DNA of 64,000 nt from Porphyridium purpureum (GCA_008690995.1 VRMN01000001.1:806001-870000); one strand, 5' to 3'. Positions 53,002-64,000 are shown, counted from the first letter of the stretch. Translations and numbers: made by a program. Notes: generated by a model from the sequence alone, not told the origin.

Positions 53002-55815
53002 TCAAGCCATAGTAATTCCTTGAACCTCAATACGGGAGGGCATCATGGCAGCGAGCTCGGACCTGAAGCCGTGGACATAGTTTGTAGGCTTTCCGTCCCT
53101 CGACAAAATCGGCAAGGACGCATGGGTCCAAGCAATCATTCCTCCCTTGAGCACTTTGATCTCCATGTCGCCTGGCTTGACATGTTCCGAATGCTTCAGG
53201 TTCTTGGTAAATTCTGCGGCAAAAATACCGGCGCGCCCTCCCGCGGTACAACAGAATACCACTGTCTTGTTCACGTAATCGACAGTGGAAGCACGGAAAT
53301 ACTCGACTGGGATTGCTCCGGGCAGTCTGCTCACATCACTCTCTTCACGAGCGCGCACATCCACCAACACCCACTCAGACTCTCCTCCTGCATCAAGACG
53401 GTGTGTGAGCACGTCCTGTACATTCACATCAGCAATGTTAGGGAAACGAGAAGCCTTGACCTTATCGTAAAGAGCAAAGCAGGCGTCGAGACGATCCGCG
53501 TTGTCGTCGGCCGTCATTGCTGGCACGGAAGCCTCCGCCACAGCCGTCGAAGAGACGGGCTTTCTGTGACTTCCTTCTGCAATTGACCTTGAGGCCGAGC
53601 GCGGCGTGCACAGCGAGCTCAGCAGCTTTGAAAGACTTCTTCTTTTCGTGGATTGTGGAGCTTCCATTGCGTTCGGGTCGCTGCGCAATTGAACATAAGC
53701 TCCGTCAACCCAGTGCGACTCCCGAATTGAGCTACGCTCAATAAGTTCGAGCAGCGCTTGCTCATCATACGTTATATTCTGCTGGCCAAAGCGCAGCACA
53801 ATGATGGTCTGCTTTGCACGAACCATCGTTGGTGCGCGAGACAACAGATCTTCTGTGGGCGAGTACTTCTTTGGAACCACCAATATTGGCACCGATGCCA
53901 TTTCTCGAGCGATATCGAAATCAAGCATACCTTTCCGAATAGCGGGAACGGCGTCCGCCGGCAACATTGAGCTAAACAGCTCGCGATGTTCGTCGTTGTC
54001 GAAAGTCTTGTCTGGGAGGTGATAGGTAGGGTCGCAAACTTTTTCTGTGACAGCTTGGAGCGTAAGGTATGCATCACGCATGGCAGTCACAAAAATTGTC
54101 CGGGATGCGTCTTTTGTATGATTGGACACAAATTCCATCGCACCGGTGTCATACTTGATATCGTGAAGTGTTCGAATGAGGTTTAGATCTGCAACCTGGC
54201 TCCTGCCATACCTGTACGACCACATTCCAGTCTTCACATTGAGCGAGTACTCTGGAAGAAAGCGCCAACCATGCCGCGCAACAAAGATAACAGCATCAAT
54301 AATGTAGTCGGCGATGAAATCCGTGAAAAAGTACTGAAAATTGATACGGAACCAGCCCAGCTTAAATGCCGCCGATGACGAGGACAATTCCATACACCGC
54401 ATACCCTTGGCCTGATCGATACGTAAGAGGCGCAATGCGTACGGTCCTGCACAGTTGCATCCGCCACGTGCCTGAATACCAAACAGATCATTCAGGAGTG
54501 CGACAACAAAGTTGTAGTGTAGGCCGTCAATCACCATGCTCACAATGCCCACGCGCTTCGCGTCGCACACACCTGGGCCTAGCATGTGCAAATTGGGCAC
54601 CTTCTTCCAGCGGTCAAACGCACGCTGCAAAAAGTGTTCTTCCGCTTCCTCAATGTTGCGAGCACCAACGGCGTCTTTGAGCTGAAAAACCAGTCCGCAC
54701 CGAATAGACTCTATTATCGCCGGTGTACCGGCTTCCTCACGCTCGTCGTGCCTGTTCACATACAGGCAAGTGGTGTCTGTCACTAATTGCACTGTGCCAC
54801 CACCAGGGATGGTTGGTTTCTTGCCTTCAAACATGTGCTTTTTGGCAATCAGCACACCAGGTGTCTGTGGCCCGCCAATGAACTTGTGCGGCGAAATAAA
54901 CACTGCATCCTTATGTGCGCCAGGAAAGCGCACGCCCTTGTCATCCACGGGATTCATTTCGAACCGTACATATGGACCTGCAGCAGCAAAGTCCCACCAA
55001 CTCAATGCTGAATACTTGTGCAGCAACTGCGCAATCTTCACTGTGTCTGCCATCACGCCAGTTACATTCGACGCCGCACTGAACGAGCCAATTTTGAGCG
55101 GATGGTCCTTGTACTCGTCCAACTTGAGCTCAAGGGTCCGCTGGTCCAGCTGCCCAAACTCGTCCTCCTCGACCTTGACCACAATCGCAGCCGACTCGCG
55201 CCATATCAACTCGTTAGAATGGTGTTCGTACGGACCAATGAACACCACTGGCCGCTCCTTGTAGGGAATTTTGGCTATGAAATCATACTTGTCGGTGAGC
55301 TTGTGCGGCAGAAGCAGCTCCATCAGCTGAGCCGCCTTGTAAATTGCGGCGGTTGCTCCCGAGCCAGTAAATACGGTCACATCCTCGTGCGGGTCCGCGC
55401 CGCACGAACGCGCCACCAACTCACGCGCCTGCTCGCGGAACATGGTGGTCTGCTTGCCTGTGTATGATGCCTCAGTGTGGCTGTTGGCGTACAATGGCAT
55501 TACCTCCGTGCGGATGTAGTCCTCAATGAAGGAAAGCGGCCGGCCACTCGCGGTGTAGTCACAGTACACCATGCGCCGCATCCCAAATGGCGTCGTGATC
55601 ATCTCAGAATCCCCAATGACGCTGTTGCGAATAGTCTTGAGCAGCGGAATGCGACCATCGAACGGGTGCACATCCACAAGCTCGACGCATGCGCCGAGAT
55701 CCTCCATGTCGAACGGCGAGTCGCCTAGCACACCCACTTCAGCAAGGTGCGAGGCCGCGCTCTGCGTGGGCGTCAACGCGGGTTCCAGCCGCTCCATCGC
55801 TGCCGGCTCTGTCAT
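53002..55815 (-). CDS. Class-V PLP enzyme (cysteine desulfurase-like) fused to a C-terminal rhodanese domain
   Basis: YCDYTASGR, EHHSN, SAASNVTG, DFAAAGPY, SPHKF (PLP Lys), RGGCNCAGPY; C-terminal VLVDVR...SRLPGAI...FCCTAGGRA...LKGGMIAW. Confidence 0.9.
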   Translation of the reverse strand: MTEPAAMERLEPALTPTQSAASHLAEVGVLGDSPFDMEDLGACVELVDVHPFDGRIPLLKTIRNSVIGDSEMITTPFGMRRMVYCDYTASGRPLSFIEDYIRTEVMPLYANSHTEASYTGKQTTMFREQARELVARSCGADPHEDVTVFTGSGATAAIYKAAQLMELLLPHKLTDKYDFIAKIPYKERPVVFIGPYEHHSNELIWRESAAIVVKVEEDEFGQLDQRTLELKLDEYKDHPLKIGSFSAASNVTGVMADTVKIAQLLHKYSALSWWDFAAAGPYVRFEMNPVDDKGVRFPGAHKDAVFISPHKFIGGPQTPGVLIAKKHMFEGKKPTIPGGGTVQLVTDTTCLYVNRHDEREEAGTPAIIESIRCGLVFQLKDAVGARNIEEAEEHFLQRAFDRWKKVPNLHMLGPGVCDAKRVGIVSMVIDGLHYNFVVALLNDLFGIQARGGCNCAGPYALRLLRIDQAKGMRCMELSSSSAAFKLGWFRINFQYFFTDFIADYIIDAVIFVARHGWRFLPEYSLNVKTGMWSYRYGRSQVADLNLIRTLHDIKYDTGAMEFVSNHTKDASRTIFVTAMRDAYLTLQAVTEKVCDPTYHLPDKTFDNDEHRELFSSMLPADAVPAIRKGMLDFDIAREMASVPILVVPKKYSPTEDLLSRAPTMVRAKQTIIVLRFGQQNITYDEQALLELIERSSIRESHWVDGAYVQLRSDPNAMEAPQSTKRRSLSKLLSSLCTPRSASRSIAEGSHRKPVSSTAVAEASVPAMTADDNADRLDACFALYDKVKASRFPNIADVNVQDVLTHRLDAGGESEWVLVDVRAREESDVSRLPGAIPVEYFRASTVDYVNKTVVFCCTAGGRAGIFAAEFTKNLKHSEHVKPGDMEIKVLKGGMIAWTHASLPILSRDGKPTNYVHGFRSELAAMMPSRIEVQGITMA

Positions 55816-57732
55816 CACGCCACCAGTCCCCGTGCCGCTCGAACTCTCTTCACCGCCAGAAACCCGACCACCGTCCGCACTTGCAGGCTCCTTCTCTCGA
55901 CACCACGCAGACGCACCACTGCTCCAACTTACCTCGCGCGCACCAGCCAACTTGCTTGCGGAACACCGTGTTATATCTAGCCCATGCCTCTCACACCTTC
56001 ATGCACCATGCCGTCTGTCACACCAACACGCGCACACACATGCACATGTCCGCAGACACCACACACGCAGCCGAGCCACATGCGGATCGCCTCTCACGAT
56101 CCTCAATTTTTTCGCTTTTTTTTCAGGTTTTACAGCGCGTTTCTTTTTTTTTTTGTTTTTTGTTTTTTTACACGCGCATGTGGAATGTCTGAAAGTCCGA
56201 GCAGCAACACGGCAAGGACTTTAAGATTCGCGCCCAACTTTGTTCTTTCTTCCTTTTTAATTTTTTTTTGGTGGGGGCTGGATGGAACGTGGAGTATTGT
56301 AGATTGATCAATAACGAAATGCACACAAACACATGAGCACGCAGGCGCCGATCTTTTCGCACTTTATTGGCGGTGGTGGCGGCGGTGACGGCGGTGGCAG
56401 CAGCTGCAGTGTTGACGTACAGTAACCACAAGAGACGAAGAGAGAGAGTCGAACACAAACGCACGTTCAAAGACCGCCCCACGGAAAGGGTCCTGCTCGG
56501 GCTCATGGGTTTAACGTCACCAATTGTTATCCGATGCGTTGTGTGAAAGACAAGCACGTATGGCAGAACTTTTGACAATCTTTTCGCAGCCCGCCCGGTT
56601 TTTCGTCCTCCGTGTCGAGTGGAAGCTGCATTTGGACTTGCCCGGTCCTCTTTCTCAGCTCGCCCGAAAGGCGCGTGCCGCACGCCGCTCTAATGGTCGC
56701 GGCACTAGACAAAATCCTGGAGATAGTTTACTACATTACGCCCGCACAAACAGTCTGGTACTACAGCAATGATAGCGCTCCAGTCGTCTTCGATCGTACG
56801 AAATTCAACTTTCGGACGCGGACCCTTCTCCCAGCGTTTGCAATCGGCGGATTCGCAGACCGTCTACCGCTAGTCAACAAAAGGGCTCAAAGTATACGCG
56901 ACAGCAAGTCTTGGAAACCACCGAGCCTGCCAACACAAGCTGCTTCATGACTGGCGGCAGTATCTCCGTGGAACAGGCATACGCTTGGTGCATAAAACGC
57001 CTGTGCCGGCATACGTTCGACTGCACCTAGCATCCCAAGTGCTCTTGCCAAAGCGCTCCGCTTGTGTTTTTTTGCCAGCCGCATTCGAATTTGACAACGT
57101 ATGTGAAAATTATCCGGGTCTTCGCATTTGACTGGGAGTGTGACGCGCAGTGTGCGATCGATTTATTCCGCACGCCTGCTTCACAGAATACACAAAGCGT
57201 GCTCTGCACTTGCTTGCCAGTGCCAACGTCTCTGCCAGCTCGGCTCTTGCAATCCAGCAAGGTGAGGTAATGCACATGTGTGGAAGCTTTATTCACAAAG
57301 TAATCCAGGAAAATTTATGCACAGTTCCAAGCCAGCACCCATTGGACAAGCATGATGGCTGCAATGAGAACTGTGACGCAAGAATCCGGCCACCGCGGGA
57401 CGCTCGCTGCGCCTCACGTAGTAGGATAAATCGGGCGGTCGGAACCCTTCCTTCATAATGTACCACGTAGCTTCTTAAAGATCGCAGGTGAAAGTAGCCA
57501 TTGTTCTTCTGTCATGAATGCCTGTGACCCGCCATCGTCCGGGGCTTGCTGCCACGCCAATGCGCGCACGCGGCGAACCCGATTGCGCCTCAAAGGACAC
57601 TATTGACATCCATTTTCACATTAAACGTCCCCGTTTCAACAGGAAGATCCGCAGGACCAAACAGGAGAACGCTGCGATGGCACGCTTTGAACAAGCTCGC
57701 TTGAACGAGCCGCACAGCAAGTGGATGCGACG

Positions 57733-59832
57733 TCAGCGAGCTGACACGACGATGGAAACAGTCGCTTGATGGTCTGACGCCTGGTTCTCAGTCTGTTTCC
57801 GGTTCCGAGTCTCATTCTGGCCTTGAACATCAGTCCTTGGATGGGAAACGGTGAGAATGAGCATCGGCGAGGCACTGCTGCTTGCCGGGTCTTCAGCAAA
57901 CTCTACACCGTGTGTCAGCTTGAGCATTGAGGCCGGTTCGACCGACACGGATACTCGTAGGGCTTGTCTGTCTGGAAAATGGACGCTGGGCAGCTGGATT
58001 TGCGTCTGACAGCCACCGAAAGAGGCGTCCGTTTTGTAAGCGTAGTGCAGCGTGCTCCTCTTGATGTTAAAGCTCCATGAGCGCGGAGAGCCCGCCGTTA
58101 CAAGCGGCACTGGCCGCGCGAGAGCCTTTAATGCACGCCCGGGCTCACCGTGGCTGCTGGAGCACACCGAAAGATCCTCACCGCACCAGTGGTCGCCGTG
58201 TTCGTAAGTATTACTCGGCACATAAGTCCACCAGCAGAAATTTAGGAGACTGCTTTCCATGGCGTTCATGTGCGCGTCGATTTGCACCGTCTGGACACTG
58301 TAGTCATTGCGCCGAAAGCCCTCGCCGTTGTTGCGCAGATCGTACGGAATACCGATTTCACCGATCATGCACGGGTGGTTTCCAATGCGCTGCAACCCCG
58401 TTGCCTTGAGGTATGCCATGGACTGAGCAAATACACGCCGAATCCCAAAAGAGCCGACCCCAAAGGCACGAAACAATACAAAGTCGAGCACGTTCGCCGA
58501 ATGGTGAGCGATTTTGGTCAGGTCTGCGTTGAATGGAAGCCATCTTTTCGCCGCCAGGGTCGCACCGTCATACCAATGAGGACAGTACACTATACGCTGC
58601 TCATGACCCTTTGTTTCCTCATCCGGCGAGTAAATTGGGGGCATCTCAAATGGTTCGGGTTCAAGGAACATGATGGCTCTGGGGTGGAATATGCGCAAAG
58701 CGCGCGCAAAACGATGCGCAAACGGGAGCCAAAAATCGGCATGAAAATCAACCGGTTGACCCTTTTTGGCGCTCTCACGTTGGAATACCGAGAAGTAGTT
58801 TGGCTTGAGCAGGGTGCGAGTTTGAGCATCCCACACGCCATGTTGTGCCCATATGCAAGACCGACCATCGCTCCACGCTCGAACGTTCGACGCGTTCAGC
58901 TGCATTTTGCCCTTGGTAAAGCGACCATACCATTCAGTTTGGTATACTGTACAAGACTGCTCGATGCCTTCACCGAGAAGCATGCCCTGAAATAAAGACG
59001 GCGTGGGGCCCACGCGGTACGCCTGCTTGGCGTGAAACCCGGCCAGGTCTCGGACGCCAACATAGCCGCAGCTTGGCTCATTCAGTGTATCATATCCAAG
59101 TACAACATCATCGTGGAGCCCCGCTTGGACTATCTGCTGCACCAGTGCGCCCACGGCGTTGATATAGTGATCCTGAAGGTACTGCTGGAAGCTACGTCCA
59201 TCCGGCGCGCGCGCGTCTGGTGCAAACTCGTCACCCGCGAAGAACAAGGTAAACATGGTAGCACACGCAAGGCGAAATAAGTTAGTGGACCAGCACATTC
59301 TTGGGTAGATTTTGGACTGGTTATGCACGACCGCTGCTTCTGCTGCGACCAGATTCCGAACTTCGAATCCTACGATCTCCAAAGTCCATCCTGGTGCGCC
59401 CGACCCGCCCGTAAAGCGACTCCACACATCTTGGTGGGGATCCACGAAGCACTTGAATCCGTGTGCCTTCACCTTATGCAGCATCTGAACCACATACTCA
59501 ATGTATGCATGGTCATACACACCGGGCGCCTCGTGTTCGATCGCCTCCCAGATGATGACGAAGCGCAGGTAATTGAATCCCCAGCTACGCAGTCGGTGCA
59601 AGTGCACATCAGCCTCTTCGAGCTCCAGAGGCCGCCCCACGAAGTTTACCCTTCTGTGGTCGAAAAACAGCTCCAGGTTGCTTTCGTACGTCGTCACTTC
59701 GGGGTGCTTAGGAAGCTTGCTGATCCCAGACAGATTCATGCCACGGAACAGCCGCGCACATCCGCGAGCATCCCGGAAAAACTCGCCGTCAACTGCCAGC
59801 TCATCATGAGCCTCGGAGCTCCCCATCATCAT
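57733..59832 (-). CDS. GH5 endoglycoceramidase-related (EGCrP-like) glycosidase
   Basis: WEAIEHEAPGVYD, DPHQDVWSRFTGGSGAPGW, DTLNEP (acid/base), PHWYD, IGEIG (nucleophile), GDHWCGEDLS. Confidence 0.92.
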   Translation of the reverse strand: MMMGSSEAHDELAVDGEFFRDARGCARLFRGMNLSGISKLPKHPEVTTYESNLELFFDHRRVNFVGRPLELEEADVHLHRLRSWGFNYLRFVIIWEAIEHEAPGVYDHAYIEYVVQMLHKVKAHGFKCFVDPHQDVWSRFTGGSGAPGWTLEIVGFEVRNLVAAEAAVVHNQSKIYPRMCWSTNLFRLACATMFTLFFAGDEFAPDARAPDGRSFQQYLQDHYINAVGALVQQIVQAGLHDDVVLGYDTLNEPSCGYVGVRDLAGFHAKQAYRVGPTPSLFQGMLLGEGIEQSCTVYQTEWYGRFTKGKMQLNASNVRAWSDGRSCIWAQHGVWDAQTRTLLKPNYFSVFQRESAKKGQPVDFHADFWLPFAHRFARALRIFHPRAIMFLEPEPFEMPPIYSPDEETKGHEQRIVYCPHWYDGATLAAKRWLPFNADLTKIAHHSANVLDFVLFRAFGVGSFGIRRVFAQSMAYLKATGLQRIGNHPCMIGEIGIPYDLRNNGEGFRRNDYSVQTVQIDAHMNAMESSLLNFCWWTYVPSNTYEHGDHWCGEDLSVCSSSHGEPGRALKALARPVPLVTAGSPRSWSFNIKRSTLHYAYKTDASFGGCQTQIQLPSVHFPDRQALRVSVSVEPASMLKLTHGVEFAEDPASSSASPMLILTVSHPRTDVQGQNETRNRKQTENQASDHQATVSIVVSAR

Positions 59833-59836
59833 CCGT

Positions 59837-59862
59837 TCTCTCTCTCTCTCTCTCTCTCTCTC
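59837..59862 (+). repeat. (TC)13 microsatellite immediately upstream of the GH5 start codon
   Basis: Direct reading. Confidence 0.95.
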
Positions 59863-60059
59863 TTTCGTCGCGGTGATATAGTGCCGGCTACCGGCTACTG
59901 CTGCCCGTGTTCATGAACCCGCAAAACGGAAAAACATGAACTTTTTCCTTTGCGGTTCAACGGTTTAACGGTCTATCAGCTTATCGGTTTGATTTGAAAA
60001 GACTGCGCGCTCGGCCCAAAGGAAGAGCGCGGTTCAAGCGTGACAGACACAAATGGCAC

Positions 60060-60992
60060 ATGCGTGGCGCAACAGGAGCAGCGGGTTTGGACGTCTGGAA
60101 GGATAAAATGGAACCCAGCAAAGCGTCACGATCGCTGCCGCGAGCAGTTGCGCTGGATGATGATGCCTGGATGGCCGGACTGACACCATACGAGCACACG
60201 CGCGACGCGCCGGGCTTGCACCAGTGCACGCTGTCTGCGTTTTTTGTCAACTCGTGCATGCTGATGCTGGGTGTGACCGTCATTATCAACACGTACAGCT
60301 ACCAAGGCCGAGCAGATCGCGTACTCGTCGATGCGATTAATAATGACGTCCAGTTCGAGTTGTTTTATGCGACTGGCACGTTCGTGCTCGGCACCGGCGT
60401 GATTGGCTACTTTGTGTCGTGTTTCCAGCGCTACCACTGGACATGGTTCCTGCTCCTGTTCACCGCTCTCGGGCTGCAGATTGCGCTCATTCTCAATGCA
60501 GCTCTGTACAAGGTACCAACCACTGAAGAATTGCAAAATGGTTGGAGCAGGCTACTGGCCGAGAATCCCGAGAAATTGTGCAGTATCGAGGCACAGTCAA
60601 GTTGCGCTGGTTTGTTTGACTTGGATTGCTTTGCTTGTGCGATAGAGTATGCAGACGATTGTATTGCGCTTAATATAACAAACCCCACCGGAGAGCCATG
60701 CGGAGGCGTGTTCGGAACGTGCACGGCCCCCAATGTTACGAATTGCCCGGTTATATCCGGGCGCCTAAAAAATCAGGAGCCCAATGTTTTTCAGGCCGAG
60801 GTCGCAATTTGTCTTTTTGACGAAATGACGCGATGGAACGGGTGTTCCGATCATGTTATTGATAACGCTGCCTATTTTGTGCGAGTGAACTTGTGGGTAA
60901 CGATCTCGTCCCTGATCGTAAGTGTCGGCTGGATCTTAATCACGATGCTTACTCGATGCGTCTCTTTTCGAGGCGCGTACGCGTCGTTCTAG
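60060..60992 (+). CDS. Tetraspanin-like four-TM protein
   Basis: Three N-terminal hydrophobic segments, a large Cys-rich loop (IEAQSSCAG at the CCG position), and a fourth TM near the C-terminus. Confidence 0.7.
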   Translation: MRGATGAAGLDVWKDKMEPSKASRSLPRAVALDDDAWMAGLTPYEHTRDAPGLHQCTLSAFFVNSCMLMLGVTVIINTYSYQGRADRVLVDAINNDVQFELFYATGTFVLGTGVIGYFVSCFQRYHWTWFLLLFTALGLQIALILNAALYKVPTTEELQNGWSRLLAENPEKLCSIEAQSSCAGLFDLDCFACAIEYADDCIALNITNPTGEPCGGVFGTCTAPNVTNCPVISGRLKNQEPNVFQAEVAICLFDEMTRWNGCSDHVIDNAAYFVRVNLWVTISSLIVSVGWILITMLTRCVSFRGAYASF

Positions 60993-61035
60993 ACCGTATG
61001 TCGTGTTTAGTTAATGTAAAAATACGGGTGAGGGA

Positions 61036-63312
61036 TCACGATGCCCACACATCGCGCTGGTACCGATGTTCCTTTTCCAGACCTGCCATGTACATTTCAG
61101 CACCGACCTGCGACATCTCGCCGTGCTGCTTAAAGATATCCAGAAGAGCGGTATGCACGTCTGCAGCCATTTTACCAGCATCGCCGCACACATAAACGTG
61201 CGCGCGTCCCGTGTCAATTTCCTTCCACAATGCAAGTCCGTGTTCTTTCAATCGATCCTGCACGTAAACTTTTCGGTCTGCCTGGTCGCGAGAAAACGCC
61301 GTGACAAGGCGCAATCCTCCTGATCGTTCGTACGCCAGCAGCTCATCCGCGTACAGAAAATCCCGCGCCTCGTGGCGGCAACCGAAGAAAAGCCAGTTGC
61401 TTGCCTGAATTGTGGCGCTGCTACTCTCAGAAGCTCCGTTCTCAGAACCATATGCGCCAAAAACAGACTTGCCCTGTGGGGCAAGCGGAGCTGGGCCCAA
61501 CCGCTCTTGGAGGAAAGCGCGGAAAGGCGCTACACCTGTGCCAGGCCCTATCATGATCACAGGGACGCTTGGGCTCGCGGGGAGCCTGAAATCCATGTTG
61601 CGGGATACAAAAATGGGCACCTTGCCGCCAACCTGCACACGGTCTGCCAAGAACGTCGTGGCAACGCCCTTGCGCTGCCTGCCCAGCGTTTCGTATTTCA
61701 GAACGGCAACCGTCGCAGCCAGACGTGCAGGCAGCTGTGTTGGTATAGCCGCACTGTGATCCAGGGCTGCTCGCGGCGCGCTCGATATGGAATAGTATCG
61801 CGGAAGTAGGGGTTTCAGGTATGGAACCAAATCTCCTAGCTGCAAGTTTGCCGAAGAAAAATCTGCAAGCACATCACCAATCTCGCGCTCATGCAAATAC
61901 GAAAGAACCTTTTCGGACTTCCCATGGGGGTCCGCACCGTCCAATAAATCATCCAGCAAAGCGCGTTGCGTACTGTTTACGCGCGTGCGGATGAACAAGA
62001 GCAAGTCTGGTTTCAGATTTTTCAGGTCAAAGTGGAAGGTGAGAGCTTCCTGCACAGACATTTCCTCTCCGTTCCGCATTTGAATTGTGTCATGGCTGTT
62101 CGCAGCGAGCTCGACCAAGAGATCCGTAACAATGTCGGGGCAATTTGCAGGTAGGACACCCACGGCGTCACCACAACGATAATCCAGTCCGGAGTTGCCC
62201 AAATCAAATTCAATGTGGACAGTTTCCTTGTCGCCATGTTCCAACACTTTTGTGAGCATTCTGCGCTCTGCCACGGCGGCGATATAAGGCCGGCTTCTTG
62301 TGTAGTTCACCGCGAGCTCTGCGGGATTGTCATTTGCAAATGCTGATTTGGATACAGAAGTTTTGGCCGTGGAACTCGAGTCCAGCTCAAGAACCGAAGA
62401 CAAAAGATAGTCGTCATCATCGCCCTGACGCAGTACCGGCTCTTTGTCCAACGCACAGACCAACGAATCTATCCACGCGTCAATAGCGGACCAATCCTCC
62501 TGGTTAATCATGCCTGTCGAAACCAATGGCGAGCTGGATGTGTGTGCTCTGAACAGCCGCTCGAAAACGAGGCCCCCCCGACAGTAATGTGCGTATGCTC
62601 GGTCGCCGAGTGCAATTACTGCAAACTTGTTCTGCTCGCTCATGCCTTTAAAGAGGGGGTTCGCCTGATGCTTGTCGCATCGAGGGGCCGCGCTCTGGGT
62701 ATCGTCGGCCATTTTCTCGGCCGCCTCGGACGGCATGGCGATCACCTCTTCTTCGACGCCGGCGCTCATGGCCTCGTGCAAGTCACGAGCGTCATTGGGC
62801 ACGACGCCGTCGCCCGTTGTGGAGCAGGCCATAACAATAACGTTCTCTCTAGCCGGCTCAAGAACGTTGAAAAATGCCGTTGACAAAACGCGCGGGGCGC
62901 AGTCCGCTACTCGTTCCGCAAGTGTCTCTGCAATTTTCCGCGCCACTTCCTTGGAGAATCCGTACTCGGTTCCGTACAAGACAAGCACGCGCCGAGTGCC
63001 TTCGCCGTGTGTGTCTGAGTAGTCGTGCGGGCAGAATTCGAGCGCTTCCTTTAGCACTCTCTGGCCGCGTGACGTCTGCTTCATCCGCCGCGCGGAGCGC
63101 TGCTCCATTGCCAACTTGGCGCGCGCTTCGGCTTCGACGCCGCGCGCCCTTTCGTTTTCATTCTTGGAGACATTACCGGCGAGCCAGCCCCAAACCGAGA
63201 AAGGCGCACTGTGCGATTCCGCTGGCGGCGAGCCGTTCTTCCTCCCTCGTGACACAACCACAAGTGCCCAAACCAGTAATAGCGCGAGCGCCACGGGCAA
63301 TGCCAACCCCAT
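61036..63312 (-). CDS. Membrane-anchored diflavin (FMN/FAD) NADPH reductase, CysJ/cytochrome P450 reductase-like
   Basis: VLYGTEYGFS, STTGDG, LGDRAY, RYYSISS, MIGPGTGVAPFR, LFFGCR, AFSRDQ, YVCGDA, RYQRDVW; N-terminal TM. Confidence 0.92.
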   Translation of the reverse strand: MGLALPVALALLLVWALVVVSRGRKNGSPPAESHSAPFSVWGWLAGNVSKNENERARGVEAEARAKLAMEQRSARRMKQTSRGQRVLKEALEFCPHDYSDTHGEGTRRVLVLYGTEYGFSKEVARKIAETLAERVADCAPRVLSTAFFNVLEPARENVIVMACSTTGDGVVPNDARDLHEAMSAGVEEEVIAMPSEAAEKMADDTQSAAPRCDKHQANPLFKGMSEQNKFAVIALGDRAYAHYCRGGLVFERLFRAHTSSSPLVSTGMINQEDWSAIDAWIDSLVCALDKEPVLRQGDDDDYLLSSVLELDSSSTAKTSVSKSAFANDNPAELAVNYTRSRPYIAAVAERRMLTKVLEHGDKETVHIEFDLGNSGLDYRCGDAVGVLPANCPDIVTDLLVELAANSHDTIQMRNGEEMSVQEALTFHFDLKNLKPDLLLFIRTRVNSTQRALLDDLLDGADPHGKSEKVLSYLHEREIGDVLADFSSANLQLGDLVPYLKPLLPRYYSISSAPRAALDHSAAIPTQLPARLAATVAVLKYETLGRQRKGVATTFLADRVQVGGKVPIFVSRNMDFRLPASPSVPVIMIGPGTGVAPFRAFLQERLGPAPLAPQGKSVFGAYGSENGASESSSATIQASNWLFFGCRHEARDFLYADELLAYERSGGLRLVTAFSRDQADRKVYVQDRLKEHGLALWKEIDTGRAHVYVCGDAGKMAADVHTALLDIFKQHGEMSQVGAEMYMAGLEKEHRYQRDVWAS

Positions 63313-63835
63313 GGGACAAACGCCACTCCTTTCTTCTCTGCTTCGCTGGCTCAATCAAAACGAAACAAGTTGTCTCGTGCCGGTCAATGCAGCCGAAAGC
63401 CGTGCGCACTTCCTTGGAGCCAAGACCAACGCCCAAAGAACGCTGGTGCGGGATGCACAACTCTGGACGTCTGGCCGAGACGAGACGAGACGTGACGTGA
63501 GGACGCGCGCAACAGACTGCTCTGCGCGATGGCCTTTCCGAAGCGCCTTTGCGCAAGCCCGTGCTCTCACGCCCCACCGCAAACGTCCGCACTGCCCACC
63601 TCTGCTGGGTGTGCGCTCCACGCAAAAAATTGTGCGGCTTGGGCGAACCCTGTACCTAACCCGTTCCCCGCAGTTAGATCCAGGGTTCCGGCGTTCGTTG
63701 TCGGTTGGGCCGTTCTCGCTGCCGGTACAGTGGTGCCGCGCATAGGTACAGTTTCTGCCTGCACTGTGTTTTGTGGCCGGCAGCGAGCATGCTGTGTTTG
63801 GGCCAATCTGCGCACGCAGCATCGCACGTGCTCTT

Positions 63836-63855
63836 TGTGTGTGTGTGTGTGTGTG
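63836..63855 (+). repeat. (TG)10 microsatellite
   Basis: Direct reading. Confidence 0.9.
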
Positions 63856-64000
63856 ATCTGTTCTAGGTAAATGGTCCCATTTTAGACGATGCGTGCGTGG
63901 ATACTGGTGTGCGGGCGGGTTGGCGGTGGCTTGCGGCTGTTGTTGTTTTGTGATTGTGTGATTGCGGAATAGAGGCGCACATGTGAGATCATTTTTGGAC

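Overview
A gene-dense, almost intron-free eukaryotic nuclear window. It is probably from a unicellular red alga (Porphyridium-like); this is inferred from the compact intronless genes, short F-containing plastid transit peptides and DPE2. Bases 1-~4705 (minus strand) hold the 5' part of an LTR retrotransposon whose pol runs off the window start and is missing from the ORF track. Read by hand, pol has Ty1/copia domain order and copia-type IN/RT/RNase H. Its gag and protease are Ty3/gypsy-like, and pol is joined to gag by a -1 slippery site followed by a predicted H-type pseudoknot. A TRF/telobox-like Myb domain sits between integrase and RT, which is the most striking observation here. The rest of the window holds about 25 host genes. 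These include a FAD-oxidoreductase/cyclopropane-fatty-acid-synthase fusion, RPL37, TOP2, a tandem GET3/ArsA, mRNA cap methyltransferase, N6AMT1, hemF, DPE2, a MadBub with a degenerate kinase, CK2-alpha with a signal-like extension, FKBP-TPR, a FANCI-like gene whose start overlaps that of IND1/NUBPL, a cysteine desulfurase-rhodanese fusion, a GH5 endoglycoceramidase-like enzyme, a tetraspanin and a membrane-anchored diflavin reductase. All calls come from motif recognition by eye; no searches were run.
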